Shown: in pieces, positions 26,536-32,000 of the stretch
Layout of the letters: each line of letters begins with the position of its first letter
How positions within the stretch are numbered: position 1 is the stretch's first letter
DNA from: Pirellula staleyi DSM 6068
GTDB taxonomy: Bacteria > Planctomycetota > Planctomycetia > Pirellulales > Pirellulaceae
NCBI GenBank assembly: GCA_000025185.1
Contig: CP001848.1
Coordinates: forward strand, 5,280,001 to 5,312,000
Direction of reading: 5' to 3'
DNA length: 32,000 nt
Notes under the pieces: model-generated
The model's database searches: none
Seen by the model: only the letters and a program-made list of their open reading frames with translations
Told to the model about the DNA's origin: nothing
Made by a program: the position numbers and the translations under genes

Positions 26536-27092
26536 GCTTCACCTTCATTGGCCAGATCCAGTGTGCCAGTGGAAAGCTCTCGCAGACGAAGTAGGCCTCG
26601 TCGCGAGTGAGTCTTCACAGAACCGAGAGGCATGTTTAGCATTTCGGCTGTTTCCGCCTGGGATAGACCGTGAAAGAAAATCAACTCTAGTACTTGCCGC
26701 TCCTCGCACCTCAGTTGAGATAGCAGTTCGCGAACACGACCAACCTCATCGCGCAGCTCTAGACCATTCAAGGGAATTGCAACAGGCGTCGTCCCTTTCG
26801 CATCGATCGGTATGGTCTTGACCTGCCGTGTATGTTTGCGATGACGGTCGATTAACCGACGTCGCGCTATCATGGCGACAAAAGTCGCCTCCGAAGGCTC
26901 TCGCTGAGGGTCAAATCGCGATGCATGCCGAAACAAATCGATAAATATCTCTTGAACTGCATCCTCCGCATCGCTGGTCGTCGGAGACATGCGCCGCGCA
27001 AGTGACCACACGAGTCCGCCGTAGCGAGCGAGGCACTGGTCGACGGCCCCTGGATTTCGTGCCGCGACTTTATCAAGGATCGTGTCTGGCAC
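26532..27092 (-). CDS. ECF (sigma-70 family group IV) RNA polymerase sigma factor
   Basis: The region 2 motifs are DAEDAVQEIFIDLFRHASRFDP and FVAMIARRRLIDRHRK. Region 4 reads EERQVLELIFFHGLSQAETAEMLNMPLGSVKTHSRRGLLRLRE. The start codon is GTG. Confidence 0.9.
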   Translation of the reverse strand: MPDTILDKVAARNPGAVDQCLARYGGLVWSLARRMSPTTSDAEDAVQEIFIDLFRHASRFDPQREPSEATFVAMIARRRLIDRHRKHTRQVKTIPIDAKGTTPVAIPLNGLELRDEVGRVRELLSQLRCEERQVLELIFFHGLSQAETAEMLNMPLGSVKTHSRRGLLRLRELSTGTLDLANEGEA

Positions 27093-27803
27093 GCAGGATT
27101 CCGGCTTGGTGTGTCTTCAATAGTGGAGGGCGAGTCGGTTACCCGGCAACGTTTGCTGTAGATTCTCTTCTGCTTTACTCTGACCATGGACTCGTTGAAA
27201 AGACCTTACTGGATTCATTCGGCAGACAAAATTTGGGGGCTGGCCAAAGTGCGTCCGCCATTCAGGTAGACAAACTAGCCGAATCTGCAGAACAAGTGCT
27301 CACCAATCACTCCGGGGGGCGAGAGTCTTTCATTTTCGCGTTAAACGAAGAATCACCTGGACTCAAGCTTGGTCGTCCCAAGCCGATCGATTTTCGCGAT
27401 CATTTCGGCTTTCAGTCAGATTGGTTTGCGTCCGCGCGGCTGGGTCGCATACCGCAAGACCGATGCTTCTTCAGTGATCTAGTAAACGACACTCCTCCAG
27501 CGACTTTTTTCGTCCCAAATGTGAAGACTTGCCAGAAGTAGTTCCATAGACGTCCAGTCGTCCTGACTTAAAAAATGAATGGCTGATTGCTTAGGGTGGG
27601 CAGTTAGCCATTTTTCGTTTGGGGGATGGTGCTTGGGGGGGCTAGCGAGTGGATTGGAACGTTCAAAACGTGGGCGGCTGGAAGCTTAGCAAGAATCGTT
27701 CGGCTGCAACTCGCGGTGCGGTATCACGTTAGCTAGATCATCCCGCCACTATCTCGGGGATTTGCGACAGCGTTTGTCACAGTCGCTTTAGAATGTTGTC
27801 GAA

Positions 27804-27828
27804 GGAATCGGAGACCATTCCGCTCGTT
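27804..27828 (+). promoter_or_regulatory. Candidate ECF-type promoter (GGAAT-N16-CGTT) upstream of the second ECF sigma gene
   Basis: GGAAT at 27804-27808 and CGTT at 27825-27828 are separated by 16 nt. The CGTT lies 30 nt upstream of the ATG at 27858, and GGGAGG at 27846-27851 serves as the ribosome-binding site. The arrangement resembles the general ECF GGAAC-N16/17-CGTT architecture. This rests on pattern matching only. Confidence 0.3.
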
Positions 27829-27857
27829 GAAAAAATCCGTTCAGAGGGAGGCAATTC

Positions 27858-28739
27858 ATGTTCAACCCGTTCAGTGAGGTCGCTGGCGACAGTTCCGATG
27901 CCACACTGGTCGATCAGGCCAGGAATGGGGACGGTGCCGCTCTCGAGAAGCTGGTTCTGCGACACCAGGCATGGATTTTTAACATCGCCGTACGGATGGT
28001 TTTCGATCCGCACGAGGCCGAGGAAGTGACCCAAGAGGTGCTCGTTAAAGTCATCACCAAGCTCAGCACGTTTAAGGGTGAGAGCCAGTTTCGGACCTGG
28101 CTCTATCGCATTGCCGCCAATCACGTCCTCAACATGAAACGTCGCAGCGCGGAGGCAAAGACGACCACGTTCGCCGACTATGGAACTGCGATTAGCAGCA
28201 CGCCCGATGCCGACCTGCCTGATCCCCACAGTGTGCCGGTTGAAGTGCCGATTCTGGTGGAAGAAGCGAAGTACAGCTGCACCATGGGAATGCTGCTTTG
28301 CCTCGATCGCAAGCAGCGGTTGATCTTCACGCTCGGCGAGATTTTGGGGGCAAGTGATACCGTCGGGGGGGAAGTGCTAGAGATGACGGCCGAGAACTTC
28401 CGCCAATGCTTGTCGCGTGCGAGGCGTGATCTGACCAGTTTCATGAACAACCAGTGCGGGCTCGTGAATACGAAAAATCCCTGCCGATGCCCGAAGAAGA
28501 CACGCGGCTTCATCGAGCATGGTCATGTCGATCCGCACCGGTTGATGTTCGCTGCCCAGCATGTGCAGCGGGTGCGTGATGTCGCGGGAGAAGCGGTGAG
28601 AGAAATCGAAGCGTTGGTCGAGCAGCAGCACGTCGGCATTTACCGCGATCACCCTTTTCTTCAGCCGACCGATCAGATCGCTTGGTTGCGACGGATGCTG
28701 CAGCGCGAGGATGTGCGCGGAGCGCTGCACCTTCTCTAA
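27858..28739 (+). CDS. ECF sigma factor with ~95-aa C-terminal extension containing a C-x8-C-x-C motif
   Basis: Region 2 reads LEKLVLRHQAWIFNIAVRMVFDPHEAEEVTQEVLVKV...FRTWLYRIAANHVLNMKRR. Region 4 reads RLIFTLGEILGASDTVGGEVLEMTAENFRQCLSRARRDL. The extension then begins NNQCGLVNTKNPCRCPKK, with the cysteines encoded at 28455-28490, and runs to the stop. A strong ribosome-binding site precedes the ATG. Confidence 0.85.
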   Translation: MFNPFSEVAGDSSDATLVDQARNGDGAALEKLVLRHQAWIFNIAVRMVFDPHEAEEVTQEVLVKVITKLSTFKGESQFRTWLYRIAANHVLNMKRRSAEAKTTTFADYGTAISSTPDADLPDPHSVPVEVPILVEEAKYSCTMGMLLCLDRKQRLIFTLGEILGASDTVGGEVLEMTAENFRQCLSRARRDLTSFMNNQCGLVNTKNPCRCPKKTRGFIEHGHVDPHRLMFAAQHVQRVRDVAGEAVREIEALVEQQHVGIYRDHPFLQPTDQIAWLRRMLQREDVRGALHLL

Positions 28740-28839
28740 AAAAACGGGACTCGCGTTGTCACAGTCGGTCGCCTGCAGGTGTCTATGGCTTGGAGGGAGC
28801 AATAGTTCCCCCGAATTTCACTCACCTGGAGGAATGATC

Positions 28840-29166
28840 ATGACTCTCAATTTGCCCCAACCGGTCGCTGCCTACTTCGCCGCAGACAAGGCTAGCGGCG
28901 AGTCCGTCGCTCAGTGCTTTGCGGAAAATGCTGTCGTCAAGGACGAGGGGCACACCTACAACGGTCGCGCTGCGATCAAAAAATGGAAGGAGGAAGCGGC
29001 GTCGAAATACGAGTACACGTGCGAGCCACTCACGTGCGAGAGCCACAACAGCAAGAGCATCGTCACGTGTCGGCTTGTCGGCAATTTTCCTGGTAGCCCT
29101 ATCGATCTGCGATTCGCCTTCGAGTTGGCGGGTGAGCAGATTGCGTCGTTAGAAGTTGCGCCCTAA
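28840..29166 (+). CDS. SnoaL/NTF2-like small protein (108 aa)
   Basis: I prefer the ATG at 28840 because GGAGG at 28828-28832 lies 7 nt upstream. The sequence VAAYFAADKASGESVAQCFAENAVVKDEGHTYNGRAAIKKW...LRFAFELAGEQIASLEV fits the alpha+beta cone of SnoaL-like/NTF2 family proteins. Confidence 0.65.
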   Translation: MTLNLPQPVAAYFAADKASGESVAQCFAENAVVKDEGHTYNGRAAIKKWKEEAASKYEYTCEPLTCESHNSKSIVTCRLVGNFPGSPIDLRFAFELAGEQIASLEVAP

Positions 29167-29193
29167 ATGACAGACCAGGAAAGGAGACTTCCC

Positions 29194-30165
29194 ATGTTCG
29201 CCGTTTACGCGACGCACGCTGCTCCCGACGATCCACTCTCAGCGCTGTGTATCGGAGAGATGCCAGAACCCAATGTGCCCGAGGGCTGGGTGCGGGTGAA
29301 GGTGAGTCACGCCAGTCTTAATCGCCACGATCTGTTCACGCTGCGCGGCATCAGCGGACATCCGGAGGGAATCGCCTATCCACTGATCCTGGGGAACGAT
29401 GCGGCCGGGACTTTGGACGACGGCACGCCCGTTGTCATCTACCCGATGATGGGAGGCGACGACTGGCGAGGTGACGAGACGCTCGATCCCCAGTGGCACA
29501 TTCCGAGTGAATTTATCCACGGGACGCTGGCCGACTATGTTGTGGTGCCGAAGCGAAACGCACTCCCATTGCCCCAGGGCCTGTCACCGTTGCACGCCTC
29601 GGTGCTGGGCACAGCCTGGCTGACTGCTTATCGCGCGCTGTTCACGAAATCGGGATTGCGCGCTGGCGAGACGGTCCTGATCCAGGGGGCAACGGGAGGC
29701 GTAGCGACAGCCCTCATTCAACTGGGGCGCGCCGCTGGCTTCGAAGTCTGGGCCACGAGCCGAACCGAGGAAGGGCGAGCTCAAGCGGAGCGACTCGGCG
29801 CACACCAGACGTTTCTGCCCGATCAACCAGTGCCACGGAAAGTGCGAGCAGTCATCGACAGCGTCGGAGTTGCCACGTGGTCGCATAGTCTCGCTTCAGT
29901 GGCGCGGGGCGGAGTGCTGGTGATGCTGGGCGGCACAACTGGGTTTGACGTGCCGCTGAATATCCTGACCGTGGTGGCGGAGCAACTGACGATCACCGGT
30001 TCGATCATGGGGAGACTCCAGGACATGGAAGACATGATGAGGCTGATTGCTCACACTGGTATCCATCCGGAAATCGGGGCCATCCTACCGATGCAGCACG
30101 CTGCCGAAGGATTTCGCGCAATGTGGGAAGGTAGGCCCCAAGGGAAAATCGTCTTCACGCGATGA
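29194..30165 (+). CDS. Quinone-oxidoreductase-like medium-chain dehydrogenase/reductase (zeta-crystallin type)
   Basis: I prefer the ATG at 29194 because AAGGAG at 29181-29186 lies 7 nt upstream. GroES-like N-terminal motifs are VRVKVSHASLNRHD and PLILGNDAAG. The NAD(P)-binding motif is VLIQGATGGVATALIQLGRAAG. The C-terminus ends in GKIVF. Confidence 0.8.
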   Translation: MFAVYATHAAPDDPLSALCIGEMPEPNVPEGWVRVKVSHASLNRHDLFTLRGISGHPEGIAYPLILGNDAAGTLDDGTPVVIYPMMGGDDWRGDETLDPQWHIPSEFIHGTLADYVVVPKRNALPLPQGLSPLHASVLGTAWLTAYRALFTKSGLRAGETVLIQGATGGVATALIQLGRAAGFEVWATSRTEEGRAQAERLGAHQTFLPDQPVPRKVRAVIDSVGVATWSHSLASVARGGVLVMLGGTTGFDVPLNILTVVAEQLTITGSIMGRLQDMEDMMRLIAHTGIHPEIGAILPMQHAAEGFRAMWEGRPQGKIVFTR

Positions 30166-31534
30166 CTTCAGCCGGGCGGCCGTCGCTTGGTCTAAGGAAA
30201 TAGAGAAGCAAGCCTAGTCCGAAAATCGCGCTCACAGCCGAGCCAAGGAGCGTGCCAATTTTCCCGGCTGAGAGCTGCTCCGCGTCGAGCGCGAGCCCGG
30301 CGATGAAGAGCGACATCGTAAAGCCAATGCCTGCCAGACAACCGGCTCCCAGGAGAATTTTCCAGTTCACTCCGCTGGGAAGTCGTGCGAGGCCGAGTTT
30401 CACAGCTATCCAACTAAAGGCCACGATTCCTAGAGGTTTTCCGAGGATCAGGCCAGCAGCAACAGCGAGCGCGACCGAGTCTGTGACAGCGGCGAGTTCA
30501 ATTTTTACACCAGCGTTCGCCAGAGCGAAGATAGGCATGATTCCGAATGCGACCCAAGGGTGGAGCGCTGTTTCCAAACGATCGAGTGGCGAGACCGTTT
30601 CCCGGGCGGTGGTGGTCATCAGCTGAACCAACTCCTCGTGATCCACAGGGTGGTCGTGTTGGGGATCTTGGCCCAGCTTCAGCAAAACTACTCCCTCGGC
30701 CAGGTTCACCAAGCTGCGCCGGGTAAACCAAGAGGCTGCTGGCGTGAGCAAGCCGAGAACCACTCCTGCAACCGTTGGGTGGACACCCGATTTCAGGAAG
30801 GCCAGCCAGACGCCAGCTCCTAGTACGACATAAGCGGGGACTAGCCGAACCCCGATCCAGCGGAACAAGTAGATCACACCAAAACTGGCGATGCTGATGC
30901 CCAGAAACAACAGCGATGTATTCGAGGTGTAAGCCACGGCGATAATCAGGATGGCCCCGATATCATCCACGATGGCCAGCGTGAGTAGCAGGATCTTCAG
31001 TCCGAAGGGAACGCGATTGCCGAGCAGAGTCAGAAACCCCACCACAAAAGCAATGTCGGTGGCCATAGGTATGCCCCAGCCTTTCACTCCCGGTCCCCCG
31101 CCTTCTACGAAGTAGTAAACGGCAGCGGGAACAATCATTCCCCCTAGAGCAGCTGCGGCTGGCAGAGCTACCTTGCGAGGATCGCGAAGTTCGCCGAAGA
31201 CGATTTCGCGTTTGATCTCTAAACCAACGACGAAAAAAAAGAGCGTCATCAGCCCATCGTTGATCCAGAGCAAGAGCGGCTTGTAGAGTTCAAAGCGTCC
31301 TACAGTGAAACCGACACGCGTCTGCCAAAGCTGGGCATACCACTCTGACCAAGGCGAGTTGGCCACGATGAGAGCGAGGAGTGTGCAGGCCAACAGCACC
31401 ATGCCCCCCGACGTTTTGTTATGCAGAAATCGGTCGACGGGGCGTAGCCATGGTTCGATCAGCGTCTGGCGAGATTCCTGGGTCGGACCGGTGGGGTGAT
31501 GGGCATCTGGCAGCCACTCGGGGATCTTCATCAC
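30155..31534 (-). CDS. nhaA: Na+/H+ antiporter NhaA
   Basis: Diagnostic NhaA blocks are present: LLWINDGLMTLFFFVVGLEIKRE, GWGIPMATDIAFVVG and LLTLAIVDDIGAILIIAVAYT. The protein has about 12 hydrophobic segments across 459 aa. Confidence 0.92.
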   Translation of the reverse strand: MMKIPEWLPDAHHPTGPTQESRQTLIEPWLRPVDRFLHNKTSGGMVLLACTLLALIVANSPWSEWYAQLWQTRVGFTVGRFELYKPLLLWINDGLMTLFFFVVGLEIKREIVFGELRDPRKVALPAAAALGGMIVPAAVYYFVEGGGPGVKGWGIPMATDIAFVVGFLTLLGNRVPFGLKILLLTLAIVDDIGAILIIAVAYTSNTSLLFLGISIASFGVIYLFRWIGVRLVPAYVVLGAGVWLAFLKSGVHPTVAGVVLGLLTPAASWFTRRSLVNLAEGVVLLKLGQDPQHDHPVDHEELVQLMTTTARETVSPLDRLETALHPWVAFGIMPIFALANAGVKIELAAVTDSVALAVAAGLILGKPLGIVAFSWIAVKLGLARLPSGVNWKILLGAGCLAGIGFTMSLFIAGLALDAEQLSAGKIGTLLGSAVSAIFGLGLLLYFLRPSDGRPAEVIA

Positions 31535-31637
31535 AAGGCGCTCCGACTTGTTTCAGTTCTCTCCAAAGGAAAAACCACCCCGAGAACGAAACTCAAGTTC
31601 GACCGCATCGCCTCCCGCCCAGGCTGTGGGTCCGAGA

Positions 31638-32000
31638 TCATCGGCCGGACTCATTTTTGCGAGTGCCGGGGCTGGTGATCATTTTATCGGCGGCTCGAGG
31701 GACGGAACCCACCTTGAGCAGATTTTCTCCGTCGTTCAGCGGCTTAACGTGTCGGGCCTGCTCGTTGATCACGTCAGCTTCGCTGGATAAACCACCTTCT
31801 GCTTTCGTGGAGGTCGCATCAAGTTCGGCGGTTGGCGGTTGAGCAGGGGTTCGTCGCTGAAGCGGACCAGAATCGTGCCTATCCCCCGATTTTCCATGGA
31901 GCATGGTGACAGGAATACCTTGGGGAAAGACCACTTCGCGAGCCTCGTCTGGCATCGAAATGCCATGCTGCTGAAAAGCGAGTTTCACCAGACGAATTAC
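31638..32000 (-). CDS. 3' end of a gene continuing beyond the right edge; possibly a mechanosensitive (MscS-family) channel C-terminus with a disordered tail
   Basis: The frame stays open to position 32000 (VIRLVKLAFQQHGISMPDEAREVVFPQG...). The motif (A/L)F-x-x-x-GI-x-(M/I)P...V resembles the C-terminal beta/alpha domain of MscS-family channels. Only about 120 codons are visible, so the call is tentative. Confidence 0.4.
   Translation of the reverse strand, partial: VIRLVKLAFQQHGISMPDEAREVVFPQGIPVTMLHGKSGDRHDSGPLQRRTPAQPPTAELDATSTKAEGGLSSEADVINEQARHVKPLNDGENLLKVGSVPRAADKMITSPGTRKNESGR

Noticed and set aside
27002-27541. A 179-aa plus-strand ORF spanning the 5' end of the ECF sigma gene and part of the long divergent spacer.
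   Set aside because: The first 90 nt are antisense to the sigma gene. It uses many A/T-ending codons, unlike the neighbouring genes, and has no domain motif or convincing ribosome-binding site. A shorter real gene starting at an internal TTG or GTG (about 27233-27296) cannot be excluded, so I discuss it only under the spacer finding.
27100-27860. A search for a direct repeat of the tRNA-Pro 3' end (an att-like island boundary) at the far side of the lower-GC block.
   Set aside because: I found only a short match of about 8 nt (GTTCAAAA near 27664), which is not distinguishable from chance. No island boundary can be called from sequence alone.
30155-30165. An 11-bp overlap of the convergent 3' ends of the oxidoreductase gene and nhaA.
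   Set aside because: This is a common consequence of compact convergent genes. I found no hairpin or other signal, so it does not seem noteworthy.
1-32000. A window-wide look for CRISPR arrays, rRNA genes, intact IS elements or transposases, and phage structural genes.
   Set aside because: I saw no regularly spaced direct repeats, no rRNA-like conserved blocks, and no transposase or integrase ORF other than the truncated serine recombinase.

Overview
This 32 kb window is a high-GC chromosomal segment (roughly 55-62% GC by hand count). Its gene content looks like Planctomycetota (Pirellulales-like): several ECF sigma factors, secreted HEAT-like and solenoid proteins, and giant unannotatable membrane proteins. 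That assignment is an inference, not a database result. I support about 21 protein genes, one tRNA and one recombinase pseudogene.

In order:
- Two paralogous zinc-ribbon, C-tail-anchored proteins followed by a tandem TM2-domain protein.
- A small orphan protein flanked by long non-coding gaps.
- A secreted MORN/YwqK-repeat protein.
- An orphan cheB.
- A three-gene operon: two-Rossmann flavoprotein, radical-SAM enzyme with a SPASM/twitch-like Cys cluster, and an atypical metallophosphoesterase.
- A translationally coupled pair of giant ORFs (1181 aa and 2246 aa, 10.3 kb in total) with no domain I can recognise.
- tRNA-Pro(CGG) abutted by a 5'-truncated large serine recombinase.
- A somewhat lower-GC minus-strand operon: ECF sigma, RskA-type anti-sigma, an 865-895 aa LRR-like solenoid with a lone CxxCH, and a HEAT-like secreted protein.
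- A second ECF sigma with a Cys-containing C-terminal extension, followed by a SnoaL/NTF2-like protein and a quinone-oxidoreductase-like MDR enzyme.
- nhaA.
- The 3' end of a probable MscS-family channel gene.

The best candidate for an undescribed system is the giant pair. By eye it consists of three paralogous modules of about 1100 aa. Each module has a signal/anchor helix, about 1000 soluble residues and a three-helix membrane anchor. The second ORF looks like a fusion of two such units. I saw no CRISPR array, rRNA or intact mobile element. All homology statements come from reading the supplied translations and need confirmation by profile searches.
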